Shown here piece by piece: positions 1-9,706 of a stretch of 64,000 nt of DNA. A program made the position numbers and the translations under genes. The DNA comes from an uncultured Pseudobdellovibrionaceae bacterium (GTDB lineage Bacteria; Bdellovibrionota; FAC87; UBA2466). The notes below the pieces were generated by a model, which had not been told where the DNA came from, did not search any database, and saw only the letters and a program-made list of their open reading frames with translations. Location of the stretch: the NCBI GenBank assembly GCA_964653655.1, contig CAZZHG010000017.1, forward strand, positions 279 to 64,278, read 5' to 3'. Each line of letters begins with the position of its first letter. Position 1 is the stretch's first letter.

Positions 1-1
1 C

Positions 2-1738
2 ATAACTTCACGTCTCTCGCTGCTGCTACGCCATCTCGGTTACCAGCCGCCGGTGCAGCCTGAAAAAGGACGCAGCTTCCTGACGGCGGAAGTGGCGACG
101 AGCCTGCTCGCCCAACACGTGCAAGTGAGCCCGGACTACCGCATTCATACGATTGCGATTTCCTACGAAGCCGGCAGCCCCGACGTCGCCCGCAACATCT
201 GCAGCATGATCGTCGAGGCGTTCGTCGAGCTATCGAACGCCCTGGAGAAAGAAGAACTCCGGCGGCAGGAAAAATATCTACTCGAAGCCATCGACCGCCA
301 GCTCACCAGCATACGGAAACTGGAAAAGTCGATGCAGGACATCGTCGAGGCCCATCCGAGCATGACTTCGGCCCAGCGTGAGCAAGGCCGTGGAGCGACG
401 CTTGCCGCCCAGCGGTTCCTGGATAAGAAGGAACGCCTGCAGAAAATCGAGCAGGACCTGCGATCTAATGAGCGCGTTCTGGCCGGCATCCTGGCGGACC
501 TGAACTCGGCCAACACTTTGCGGGCCGACATTACGTCCGACGTAACCTCAAAGCTGATTGAGGAAATTTCCCTACTCGAGTTCCGCCGCCTGCAATCCAT
601 CAAGGTGACCGGCTACAGCGAGAGCCACCCGGCGGTGCGGGGCCTCACCCGTCGCATCAACGACCTGAAACGGGCGCTGGGCAACATGGACGGAAGGACC
701 CCCGCCTCCCGCACCGGCTCCGGCTCCAGCTCAGTGGACCTGAAGAACCTCTATAGCCAGGCGGGCGATCTCCGGGCGAAGAACCGGACCCTGATGGCCG
801 AACGCGATCTTCTGATACGCGACATCGGTAGCGAAGGCGCCCTCTTTAAGGAAGCGGTAAAGGTCAACTTCCAGTTCGACTCCCTGGTTCGGGAGCTCCA
901 ATCGGATTCCACCGTCACGAACGAGCTGTACCGCGAGCTACAAAGGATCCGCATCACCCTGGCCGGCGCGACCGCTTCCTCCTCCGTACTCTCTCCGGCG
1001 AGCTACAATCCCCACGCCGTAAACCTGTCCGTCCGGCGCCGCACCATCTTCGGCATTTTCGTCGGCCTCGCCTTCGCGATGTCGCTGCTCATCCTTTATG
1101 AGATCATCCGCCCGACGCTGCTCCAAGCGGAGGATCTCGAGCACATCAAGCTGTCTCACATCGGATCGTTCTCGGAAACCCCGCGCTCGATGTCCCAGCT
1201 CGCGTACTGCGTCCGCTCCCTGGAGCCGCCGGCGGGGCGGCCCCCCGGACCCCAGGTAGTCAGCTTCCTGCCGTTTGCCACGGGAATGGACGTTTCGGAG
1301 TTCGTCGCGGGAGTCGCGACCGCTCTCACGGAAAAAGGCGCGAAAGTCGGCGCCGTGCTCATCGTGGATCCGGACTCGCCGACGACCGCCGAACAGGAGA
1401 GCTTGTGGGCGAACATCGGCGTATCGCCGCTGTCGCGCGATGAAGTGCCCTTCTTCCTGGTTCCCACCGTGGAAGAGATGAAGAAGAAGTGGGATTGGGT
1501 CCTCGTCGTGGAATCGAAGCAAGGCAGCGTGCCCATCGAAGGATACCTGGCCCGTTGCTCTGACCACTTCATTTATGTCACGCAGATCGGCGACACCGAC
1601 CTGACCTCGGTCGATCGCGTGCGCCACCTGCCGCAGCTTCCGCCCCACGTGCAGCACCACTCGATCATCGTGCAGGTGCCCCTCGTGAATAACCGCGGTC
1701 TGCTTCAGGCGTGGAAACGACGGAGGCGGGCGGCATGA
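2..1738 (+). CDS. Wzc/GumC-like polysaccharide co-polymerase (chain-length determinant), 5'-truncated, with degenerate C-terminal kinase-like domain
   Basis: Frame is open to the window edge. Long coiled-coil region, then SVLSPA motif and a TM helix (TIFGIFVGLAFAMSLLILYE), then a P-loop-like domain lacking GxGK. Lies next to glycosyltransferases. Confidence 0.75.
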   Translation: MTSRLSLLLRHLGYQPPVQPEKGRSFLTAEVATSLLAQHVQVSPDYRIHTIAISYEAGSPDVARNICSMIVEAFVELSNALEKEELRRQEKYLLEAIDRQLTSIRKLEKSMQDIVEAHPSMTSAQREQGRGATLAAQRFLDKKERLQKIEQDLRSNERVLAGILADLNSANTLRADITSDVTSKLIEEISLLEFRRLQSIKVTGYSESHPAVRGLTRRINDLKRALGNMDGRTPASRTGSGSSSVDLKNLYSQAGDLRAKNRTLMAERDLLIRDIGSEGALFKEAVKVNFQFDSLVRELQSDSTVTNELYRELQRIRITLAGATASSSVLSPASYNPHAVNLSVRRRTIFGIFVGLAFAMSLLILYEIIRPTLLQAEDLEHIKLSHIGSFSETPRSMSQLAYCVRSLEPPAGRPPGPQVVSFLPFATGMDVSEFVAGVATALTEKGAKVGAVLIVDPDSPTTAEQESLWANIGVSPLSRDEVPFFLVPTVEEMKKKWDWVLVVESKQGSVPIEGYLARCSDHFIYVTQIGDTDLTSVDRVRHLPQLPPHVQHHSIIVQVPLVNNRGLLQAWKRRRRAA

Positions 1739-2883
1739 TGCTGCGAATCCTCCATCTGACGAAGTACATGCCGGAGTTCCCGGGAGGGATCGAACGAGCG
1801 ACGCACACCATGGCGATCGCCGGTAAGGCTTGTGGAGCGAAAGTGCGAATCATCGGCGCGACCCCGCGCCCCGAAGAGCGCATCGTCGCCGGAGATCCGG
1901 TCGACTCGGTGGCCCTTCCGATAGTGGCGAAGATAGGATCCGTGCCGTTCGTGCCCGGGTTCTTCAACCTCAAAGGCCTTCTCGACGAGGCGGACATCGT
2001 CCACATCCACCTGCCGAACCCGACGGCGGAGCTGGCCCTACTTTGGTATTTGAGAAACCGGCCGGCCAACGGGCCTCGGATCATCCCCGTGGTCCACGCG
2101 CCGATGGTGCGCTGGAGAAATCTGGCTCGCCTATGGGAACGTTTGGTTCACGGAAGGTTGCTCCGGCAGAGCGACGGCGTCATCTTCCCAAGCCCGCAGC
2201 TCGCTGAAATCCTGGTAAATTACCGCAACGCCGTGGCACCGAAGCCCGTCCACATTCTTCCGTTCGGCATCCCGGTTCCCTCGAGCCCGAATCACGAGCC
2301 GCGTCCCCACACGGGAGGGCCGGTGCGCCTTCTGGCGATCGGCCGGCTCGTACCTTATAAGGGCTTCGACGTGCTGCTCGACGCCGTTTCGCAGATCAAG
2401 CTGGATTGGGCTTTGACCATCGCCGGACAGGGTCCCGAACACGAAGCGCTGAAGGCGCAGATCGACCGCCTAGGTATCACCAACCGGGTTCAGCTCATCG
2501 AGCGCATTCCGGAGGCCGAGAAGCACGCTCTACTTTCCCGCTGCGACGTTTTCGTGATGCCTTCCCAGACGGTCGCCGAAAGTTTCGGCCTCGTCATGGG
2601 CGAAGCGTTCGCCCACGGCAAACCCGTGGTGACGACCGATCTCAATACGGGCGTCGCGTTTCTCGCGCGCCAAGGCGCGTGCGGCGCGGTGGTGCCCGTG
2701 CGTTCGCCCGGCCGGCTCGCGGATGCCATCGAAAGCCTGATTGTCGATGAGAAAAGACGTCGGAAGGCGGGACAAGGGAATCTGGAATTCTGGCAGCGGG
2801 AGCTCGCTCCGGAAACCTTCCATCGGCGTTACGGCGAAATCCTAGCGGCAACTCTCGCCAGCAAGCTCGCCAAAGCTTCCTAG
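1735..2883 (+). CDS. GT4 family glycosyltransferase
   Basis: GGIE N-terminal motif, GRLVPYKG and ESFGLVMGEA (EX7E). ATGA overlap with the upstream stop and GGAGG upstream. Confidence 0.9.
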   Translation: MMLRILHLTKYMPEFPGGIERATHTMAIAGKACGAKVRIIGATPRPEERIVAGDPVDSVALPIVAKIGSVPFVPGFFNLKGLLDEADIVHIHLPNPTAELALLWYLRNRPANGPRIIPVVHAPMVRWRNLARLWERLVHGRLLRQSDGVIFPSPQLAEILVNYRNAVAPKPVHILPFGIPVPSSPNHEPRPHTGGPVRLLAIGRLVPYKGFDVLLDAVSQIKLDWALTIAGQGPEHEALKAQIDRLGITNRVQLIERIPEAEKHALLSRCDVFVMPSQTVAESFGLVMGEAFAHGKPVVTTDLNTGVAFLARQGACGAVVPVRSPGRLADAIESLIVDEKRRRKAGQGNLEFWQRELAPETFHRRYGEILAATLASKLAKAS

Positions 2884-2901
2884 GTATCTTCGAGCGGTTC
2901 C

Positions 2902-4056
2902 CTACCGGACGGCGCCTCTTTTCACGGCGCCTTCAAGGGTCTCCATCCACTGGACAAACTCTTCGGCCATCCGACTCCAAGTGTAAGCGCGGATCCTCTC
3001 ACCGAACCCGGCCACTTTGCCGCGATAGCTCTGAGGATCTTTCGCCCAAGCCTCGACACGGGAAGCAAGCTCCGAAATATCCTCCGGACGATCGAGAAGA
3101 AGACCCGACAACTCTTTCGGATAGCGTTCCGCCATTCCCGCTTGCCGGGAGAGAAAACACGGGGCTCCGCTGGCGAGAGCCTCCTGCGCGGCGAGCGAAT
3201 AAGGCTCGTAGCGGCTCGGCGCGATCACCGCATCGCACGCCCAAAGCAGACGGGGCACGTCCCGGTGGAAACCCAGAAATTTCATCCGCTCGCCGAGACC
3301 TTCCGTCTGAGCGCGGTTCCGCCAAAACTCAAGCTCGCGGCCGGCTCCGGCCACGACGAGGCAGCTGCTTCCCGGAATACGCGGGCCAAGGCGCGCCCAA
3401 GCGGCGTAAAGAGTATCGAATCCCTTGCGCCGATCGCCCAAGGCTCCCACGAAACCCATCACCGGTCCCGCGCCCCGAATCCCAAGCTCCTCCCGCACCG
3501 CCGCTCGTTCCGCCGGAGTCGGCGGGCGAAAACGGGCCGGATCGGTGCCGAGTGGAATCACGTGGATCTTTTCCCGGCGAATTCCGAACAACCGGACCAG
3601 ATCCTCGCGGTTGCGCTCGGCCGTCGTGACGATGCTGCCGGCCTGAAGCAGAGCGTTTCGTTCTTCCGCCCGAAAACGCGTAGCGCGCCAGTCGTCCCAG
3701 GGACCACGGCCCTTTTCCTCGTAAGCCGCGTGCAGATAGTGGACCCAGTTCACGTCGCCGAAACGGCAGTTGCCGCCGTTGACGACGACACGTCCGCCTT
3801 CGGACGCAATCTTCTCTCCCCACCGCGCTCCCGCTCGGGCGAGCCACGAAAAGCCGAGGAAATAGGAGCCCAGGGGTTTCGGAACTTTATGAAAGTGAAC
3901 GTTCGGCCGCGAGGTAAGATCGTCGGAGGCGGTGAAGCCCACCAGATGAACGGGGTGGTCGTGTTCGGCGAGATGAGTGGCGAGCGCGTGGTTCGCCCAA
4001 TCCATTCCACCGAAACGGCCGAAATCGCCGGTCACGAGGAGATAGGGCTTCTTCAC
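2902..4056 (-). CDS. GT4 family glycosyltransferase
   Basis: GALGDRRKG and PSRYEPYSLAAQEA motifs. Confidence 0.9.
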   Translation of the reverse strand: MKKPYLLVTGDFGRFGGMDWANHALATHLAEHDHPVHLVGFTASDDLTSRPNVHFHKVPKPLGSYFLGFSWLARAGARWGEKIASEGGRVVVNGGNCRFGDVNWVHYLHAAYEEKGRGPWDDWRATRFRAEERNALLQAGSIVTTAERNREDLVRLFGIRREKIHVIPLGTDPARFRPPTPAERAAVREELGIRGAGPVMGFVGALGDRRKGFDTLYAAWARLGPRIPGSSCLVVAGAGRELEFWRNRAQTEGLGERMKFLGFHRDVPRLLWACDAVIAPSRYEPYSLAAQEALASGAPCFLSRQAGMAERYPKELSGLLLDRPEDISELASRVEAWAKDPQSYRGKVAGFGERIRAYTWSRMAEEFVQWMETLEGAVKRGAVR

Positions 4057-5159
4057 GCTTTCTTCCTCGTCTGAGCGGCGATGGGCTCATCCAGAAGGCG
4101 CGCCACCACCGAATCCCACTCGAAGTATTTTTCGTAAAGCGACTGCCCGATCCAAGCGCGCATGCGCCTCTGCTCGGGAGAAGCGAGCAGCTGCCGGATG
4201 GCGGCGGCATAGGCGCCGGCCTCCCGGGGGGCGAGCCAGTCTGCTCCGGGGGCCGTGAAAATCGGGTCCGTAAGCCTTCCCCAGTTCGTCACCACTGGAA
4301 CTCCGTGGGCGAAAGCCGCGATCGCCGAAGTCCGGCGCGCGGAAATTCCGTCGATGAAAGGCGCGAGAAAAACATCGAGCGAAGCGATCTCCTTCGAAAC
4401 TTCCCCCTCGGAAAGCTCCCCCGTGAAACGCCAGCGAGGGTCGCCCGCTAGCCGTCCCGGCCATTTGTCTTTGTCGGCGCCGATGAGAACGAATTCGGCG
4501 GGCAGCGGCCCTAGCCGATTCCATACGGCCTCTACAAACGCCGGATCTTTGCCCGAGCCCAGCGGACTGAACACGCCGATGCGGGGGCGCTCGGTTCTCG
4601 GCGCCCTTTCCCCGGTCGGAACTATCGTCGAGCCGACGGGCGCCCAAACCACCTTGTCGCCGGCCCCGGGAAAATCCCGGCGGATCCAATCGGCCCACGC
4701 CGATACGGTCACCGGAACCCGATCGCTGGCGAGAATGAGGGCCGCCAGCGTCAGCCGCTGACCGAGAGCCAGCACGCCCGCCTTTCCCCAGCCCCAGTCA
4801 ACAAAAGGCTCGTGGACCGTGGTCTGCCAGCGGATTCCGTAACGACCCGCCTGGGAAGCGGCGAAGGCCGGCCAAAGATTCCAGCCGCGGCGGTGATAGA
4901 GAAAGGGCTCCCATTGAAACCAGATCCAGTCCGGCTTCTCCGCCCTGGCTTTCTCGATGAGCTCACTGAAGCCCCGGCCGCCGAAATCCGACATCGCGTT
5001 CCAGACCGGAACGTCGCCAAGGCTGCTCGGCTGATCTTTTCCCGTCGCGAGGCACACGTCGTGGCCGCGGCGCACAAGAGTCTCCGCCACGCGCGCCGTG
5101 TAGTCTCCTACACCGCAGCGGGCCGGAGGAATCCTTCGGGTGACTAAGAGCAGCTTCAT
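4053..5159 (-). CDS. GT4-like glycosyltransferase
   Basis: CGVGDYT N-terminal motif and PFIDGISARRTSAIAAFAHGVPVV. Confidence 0.85.
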   Translation of the reverse strand: MKLLLVTRRIPPARCGVGDYTARVAETLVRRGHDVCLATGKDQPSSLGDVPVWNAMSDFGGRGFSELIEKARAEKPDWIWFQWEPFLYHRRGWNLWPAFAASQAGRYGIRWQTTVHEPFVDWGWGKAGVLALGQRLTLAALILASDRVPVTVSAWADWIRRDFPGAGDKVVWAPVGSTIVPTGERAPRTERPRIGVFSPLGSGKDPAFVEAVWNRLGPLPAEFVLIGADKDKWPGRLAGDPRWRFTGELSEGEVSKEIASLDVFLAPFIDGISARRTSAIAAFAHGVPVVTNWGRLTDPIFTAPGADWLAPREAGAYAAAIRQLLASPEQRRMRAWIGQSLYEKYFEWDSVVARLLDEPIAAQTRKKA

Positions 5160-5194
5160 GAAAGTAGGAGAGCTTATTGCAGTATAATCCAGTT

Positions 5195-6319
5195 ATGCGT
5201 GTGCTCCACTGCCATTCCGGGAACCTGTTCGGAGGAGTCGAGCGGGCCCTGCTCGCCTTGGAGGCGAACCCGCTCACTTCACTCCAAACCGAGTACGCCC
5301 TTTGTTTCGAAGGCCGCTTCGCGGCCGCACTGCGAGCCGCGAAGAACAATCCGGGTCTTTTGGGTCCTGTCCGATACCGCCTGCCTTGGACGGTGTGGAG
5401 GGCCCGCCGCCGTCTAAGGGGCCTCATCGCGCAGACCAAACCGGACTGGATTCTCACGCACGGCCTGTGGTCGTTTCGTCTCGCCTACCCCGCCGCGAAA
5501 AGCTCGGGCACGCCAATAGCGCTTTGGGTACACGACGTTTTTCAGGGGGAGAGCTGGCTCGAACGCCACATGGGACACGCCCCCGACAAAATTTTCGCCA
5601 ACTCTCGTTTCACGGCCGAAGGAGTGCCCCGGGTGTTCCGCGGCCGGTGGCCGGAGATTCTTCCTCCTCCTCTAGGCGTTAAAAAACCGGACGAGTCTTC
5701 CAGAAGCCGCGTGCGCTCGGAGCTCGGCGCCTCCAGGGAAACGGTCGTCATCCTCATCGCCGGCCGCTTCGAAAAGCTGAAAGGCCACTCTCTTCTATTG
5801 AAGTCCCTAGCCCGGATGGCGGTGCAGCTTCCTTCGTCGATTCGCTGGAACGTCTGGATTGCGGGCGAGGCACAGCGACCCTCGGAGAGGCAGCTTCTTG
5901 CCGAGCTCGAATCCCAGGCGGCGTCGCTCGGCGGACGCGTGAAATTTCTCGGCTACCGCGAAGATATTGCGTCGCTCTACGCGGGCGCCGACGTCTACTG
6001 CCAGCCCAACGTCGGCCCCGAGGCCTACGGCCTTACTTTCGCCGAAGCCGGAGCCGCCGGGCTGCCCGTCGTAACTTCCCGCATCGGCGCCGCGCCGGAA
6101 ATCGTCGACAACGCCGTCGGCCGGCTCGTACCTCCTGGAGACGACATCGCTCTTTCAGCAGTGCTTTGCGAGCTGGTCTCCTCCGCGGAGCTCAGAAAGA
6201 CTCTCGGCGAGGAAGCCCATCGCCGGACCAGGAACCTTCCCAGCGCTCGGACCGTCGCCGAACGCCTCGCGGGACTTCTGGAAGGCGGCTTCGTAGAACG
6301 CCGTCTAGCGGCGATATAG
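5195..6319 (+). CDS. GT4 family glycosyltransferase
   Basis: GGVE, GRFEKLKGH and PEAYGLTFAEA. TATAAT lies 6 nt before the ATG at 5195. Confidence 0.9.
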   Translation: MRVLHCHSGNLFGGVERALLALEANPLTSLQTEYALCFEGRFAAALRAAKNNPGLLGPVRYRLPWTVWRARRRLRGLIAQTKPDWILTHGLWSFRLAYPAAKSSGTPIALWVHDVFQGESWLERHMGHAPDKIFANSRFTAEGVPRVFRGRWPEILPPPLGVKKPDESSRSRVRSELGASRETVVILIAGRFEKLKGHSLLLKSLARMAVQLPSSIRWNVWIAGEAQRPSERQLLAELESQAASLGGRVKFLGYREDIASLYAGADVYCQPNVGPEAYGLTFAEAGAAGLPVVTSRIGAAPEIVDNAVGRLVPPGDDIALSAVLCELVSSAELRKTLGEEAHRRTRNLPSARTVAERLAGLLEGGFVERRLAAI

Positions 6320-6323
6320 AAAG

Positions 6324-7526
6324 GTGAGTACTGCGCCCATGATTCCAGTCGCCAAGACCCAGCCTCACCTCAAGGTGCTCTTTTTCGTCGAGGGGTTCAC
6401 CGACATCCGCTTCGTCACAGGCCTGTCGGAAATTTGCTCGCTGACTCTCACGGTCCCCTCCCGGGCCTACAGGACGAGCGGACTGAAAGCCCGCGTTGAC
6501 GAAAGTGGAGCCCAGTTGGAGCAAGTCGAGATTGAGGGCAGCCGCCTGCAGTTTCAAGCCAAGAGCCTCAAGTGGCTTTGGGAAAACGCTTCGCGCTTCG
6601 ACGTGATTCTCGCCCAGGAAGTTTTGCGGGGCGCGTTCAATGCGACCCTCGTCGGCCGGGCGAGGGGCGTTCCCGTCGTCACCTACATGGGGATCTCGCC
6701 GATTGAATACTTCCGCTGCCGCCGCGAGCGCGGCCAAATCGGCCCCGTAAAGAGCTGGCTCGGGGAAACCACCATCGAGACGCTGATGCGGGCGAACGGA
6801 AAGCTCGCGACGACTTGCCTTGCGATGGGCCCCTACTTGAGAGACGTCGCCGCCGATTACTGCAAAGACAGCCGGGTCGGCCTCTATTACGGGGTCGACA
6901 CGAATTTTTTCCGACCCGCGGACGCCGCCGAAAAGCAACGCCTGCGCGCGAAGCTAGGGCTTCCCGAAAACAAGTTTCTCATCGTGCTCTCGAGCCGAAT
7001 CAGCCACGAAAAGGACCCTGAAACGGCGCTGAAGGCGGCGGCCAAGGCGCGTGCGGCCGGACTCGACGTGGCGATGCTCAATCTCGGGGGCGGGTTCCAG
7101 GATTTTCTCAAGCTCTCCAAGCAGCTCGGCATCGCCGACGCGGAGAAGTGGGTGCTGGGGCGCCAGGCAGTCCACCCGATGCGAGACCTCGCCGACTACT
7201 TCCGGGCCTCCGACTGCATGGTGCTGGCCTCCCTCGCCGAGGGCGCCGCGTTCTCGACTCTCGAAGGGCTTTCCTGCGAGCTTCCGGTAATCGCCACCGA
7301 CATCGGCGGCATGGCCGTCCAGCTACGCGGAGTCGCCCATCTCACGCCCCGGGCGGACGCCGACAAGATGGCCGAAAAGATCCTCTGGGTCTCCAGCCAC
7401 AAAGCGGAAGCCCAGCGAATCGCCGCCGCCGGCCGCGCCTATGTTCTGAAGGAATGGGACAGAAAGAAAGCGTTCCGCGATCTCCAGGCGATTCTCGCCG
7501 AAGCCGCCGACAAGAGAAGGCAATAG
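6324..7526 (+). CDS. GT4 family glycosyltransferase
   Basis: SRISHEKD and SLAEGAAFSTLEG (EX7E). The start could alternatively be the ATG at 6339. Confidence 0.88.
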   Translation: MSTAPMIPVAKTQPHLKVLFFVEGFTDIRFVTGLSEICSLTLTVPSRAYRTSGLKARVDESGAQLEQVEIEGSRLQFQAKSLKWLWENASRFDVILAQEVLRGAFNATLVGRARGVPVVTYMGISPIEYFRCRRERGQIGPVKSWLGETTIETLMRANGKLATTCLAMGPYLRDVAADYCKDSRVGLYYGVDTNFFRPADAAEKQRLRAKLGLPENKFLIVLSSRISHEKDPETALKAAAKARAAGLDVAMLNLGGGFQDFLKLSKQLGIADAEKWVLGRQAVHPMRDLADYFRASDCMVLASLAEGAAFSTLEGLSCELPVIATDIGGMAVQLRGVAHLTPRADADKMAEKILWVSSHKAEAQRIAAAGRAYVLKEWDRKKAFRDLQAILAEAADKRRQ

Positions 7527-7559
7527 CCCTTGCTCTAGTCCCTAGTGCTACTTGCTGTT

Positions 7560-8099
7560 CTATTTTTTGGTGACGAGGTAAATGCCGATGCCCGCCGTCA
7601 GAATGCCTAGAAAGGTGGAGACGATGGACAACGTGCGCATGAAGGTATCGGCTTTTGGAGGCGAGTCGAGGTGAATGACGTCGCCGTTGCGAAGGGTCAT
7701 GTCCCGGTAGTCCACCCGCCGCACCAGCTCACCCCCTTCCAGCTGAACGAGCTGCTCCGTGGGCTTCGTTTTCGGATCCCGGGTCTCGAATACCCGGCTC
7801 AAGGATATCTGGGTGTTCTGCAAGACTCCGGTCGCGCCACCGGCATAGCCGAGAACGTCTAGCAGCGTAGTGTTGTCGGGAATGTAGTAGACGCCCGCGA
7901 GACCGACGTCGCCCCACACATGCACCCGGATGAGAAAACGCTTTTCACGGTTCGAGGAAAAGAACTCCCGGACATTGCCCTCGCCCTGCTCTTTGGGCGT
8001 AATCAGCACCGGCGCCGCATAAGCGTAATCGATGGCGCTCAAGTGAGAGACGATGAGCATCGGCACAAGGACCCGAACGAGCCAGATGGGAGTTTTCAT
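7560..8099 (-). CDS. SLBB-domain polysaccharide export protein (Wza-like fragment)
   Basis: Signal peptide, VHVWGDVGLAGVY...LLDVLGYAGG...LRNGDVI SLBB signature and a C-terminal amphipathic or TM helix. Confidence 0.8.
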   Translation of the reverse strand: MKTPIWLVRVLVPMLIVSHLSAIDYAYAAPVLITPKEQGEGNVREFFSSNREKRFLIRVHVWGDVGLAGVYYIPDNTTLLDVLGYAGGATGVLQNTQISLSRVFETRDPKTKPTEQLVQLEGGELVRRVDYRDMTLRNGDVIHLDSPPKADTFMRTLSIVSTFLGILTAGIGIYLVTKK

Positions 8100-8149
8100 G
8101 GGATGGATCTATTTTAGCCCAATGCGGCGGCGGGAGATACCGCGCAAGG

Positions 8150-9112
8150 TCATCCCTCGGCGAAGGATCGACTGAGACCGTACGCCAGCGCCTCGCTGAA
8201 CTTATCTCTGAGCAGAGCCTTCAGCCCCAGGTAAAGCCCTCGCGGCCTTCGGTGGCGCTCGGTCACCAGCCGATCGGGCGACAGGTAGCGGACGAGAAAT
8301 TTGGAAAGCAGCCAGCCACCGACGCCGGCGTGGCCGACGCCCTCGGGAACCGGAGTCCCGAAGTGCGCGCGCAGGATCCCGGCCGAAACAGCGACCGCCC
8401 GGCGCAGCTGAAGTTTTATCGCGAGCCGCTCCACCGCCGCCGCGTCCAACCCTTCCCGACGCACGAGATAGTCCAAATCGACGAGCCAATGCAGCTGATC
8501 GAACAGATGCTGAAGAGCGCCGTGGCCGCAGAGATAAACGAAGAGCAGATTCGCGTCGAACTCGCGAAACCAATCGAGGCCCGGAACGGAACACGATCGG
8601 CTGTGCCAGCGCGAAAGCCCCTCCAAGTCCCGGCCGGTCAGCAGCTGCTTGTGCCCCTCGATCGGAACTCCGTCGAGGATATAGACTCGGCGGAACTGAG
8701 TCCCGATCCAACCTCCCTTCTCCCCGGGCTCGGCCCCCAATCCCTGAAGCACTTTTTCGAAATCTTTCCAGCGGTGCTGAGAGACGAGAAGATCGATGTC
8801 GGTACAGGGACGATGCAGGGGAGAATCATAAACCCGGTAAGCGAGACTTGGGCCTTTGAGAAGCCACGCCGGCACTCCGGCGCCTTTCATCGCCTCGTTC
8901 AGCTTTCGAAGGACATCGAGAAAGGCGATTTCCCTCGCCGCCCGATGAGTCCAAGAGCGTCGGCAGTCAGCTTCAAGCTCGGTGCCCTTCAATCGGTCGA
9001 GGGCCAGCGGCCCAAAGGCGGTCATGCCTCGGGGAGTGCGAAGAAACTCGCGGAAGGAGTCGCCTTCCATCCATTTTTCAAACGGAGTGATAGCGGACAT
9101 GTCCCAATCCAA
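8150..9112 (-). CDS. Nucleotidyltransferase family protein (NTP_transf_5-like)
   Basis: LLKG...R-P-C-T-DIDLLV metal-binding motif, followed by IEGH and WLVDL motifs typical of this family. Confidence 0.82.
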   Translation of the reverse strand: MDWDMSAITPFEKWMEGDSFREFLRTPRGMTAFGPLALDRLKGTELEADCRRSWTHRAAREIAFLDVLRKLNEAMKGAGVPAWLLKGPSLAYRVYDSPLHRPCTDIDLLVSQHRWKDFEKVLQGLGAEPGEKGGWIGTQFRRVYILDGVPIEGHKQLLTGRDLEGLSRWHSRSCSVPGLDWFREFDANLLFVYLCGHGALQHLFDQLHWLVDLDYLVRREGLDAAAVERLAIKLQLRRAVAVSAGILRAHFGTPVPEGVGHAGVGGWLLSKFLVRYLSPDRLVTERHRRPRGLYLGLKALLRDKFSEALAYGLSRSFAEG

Positions 9113-9527
9113 GTTGCACGGCCCATTCGAGAGCGGCGATGAAACGAAGTAGCAGCCGCCAAGGTTTACCCTTCGGCCCCGCTTTCATCCTTCGCGAAAT
9201 CAGAGCCACGGCCTTCTTGAAGGCCTGCCCCCTCTCGCCCCAAACGATTTCCCAGTTTCCCCGCCGGCACCCGAGAACCATTCCGACCACTTCCGCCGGA
9301 GGGTCCCAATCCGTGGCCCGGTCTCCCTTCGTAGCGAGCCGGCCGCCACGCCGGTGCACCCGATGAGCCGACCAAACCCGCCGGCCATCGAGGCGAAAGG
9401 GGCCGGTAACGACGACATCACCTTCCCGAAGCGGCCCGGTCCTGGACCCGTCGACGAGAATCGAATCGCCGGCCTTCAGGGCGGGGGTCATGCTTTCGCC
9501 GTCGAAAGGAACCCACGCTTTCGTCAT
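9078..9527 (-). CDS. S24/S26 family peptidase (soluble, signal-peptidase-like)
   Basis: GESMTPAL catalytic Ser, AHRV His and TKGD motif. The ATG at 9527 overlaps the precursor stop (TGATG). Confidence 0.82.
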   Translation of the reverse strand: MTKAWVPFDGESMTPALKAGDSILVDGSRTGPLREGDVVVTGPFRLDGRRVWSAHRVHRRGGRLATKGDRATDWDPPAEVVGMVLGCRRGNWEIVWGERGQAFKKAVALISRRMKAGPKGKPWRLLLRFIAALEWAVQLGLGHVRYHSV

Positions 9528-9706
9528 CAGGAGAGCAGCCTGTTCGAGCGGCAGAAGTTGGGCGCCCCGAGGGACTCCTTGCGCTGGCCGTTCAGGGTTC
9601 CGTTGCACGTAATGGCGGCGCCATTCACGAGCCACGGCTCCGAAATTATTTTCGGCTTCTCGTACGGTTCACTCTCCGGCTTCTTATCTTTCGGATCCTC
9701 GTTCAT
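9527..9706 (-). CDS. Putative RiPP precursor peptide, 59 aa (MNEDPKDKKPESEPYEKPKIISEPWLVNGAAITCNGTLNGQRKESLGAPNFCRSNRLLS)
   Basis: GAGGAG RBS, ATGA overlap with the rSAM stop, YEKPKI (YxxPxL-type RRE-binding) leader motif, two Cys and a C-terminal Ser. It exactly fills the gap between two operon genes. Confidence 0.8.
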   Translation of the reverse strand: MNEDPKDKKPESEPYEKPKIISEPWLVNGAAITCNGTLNGQRKESLGAPNFCRSNRLLS

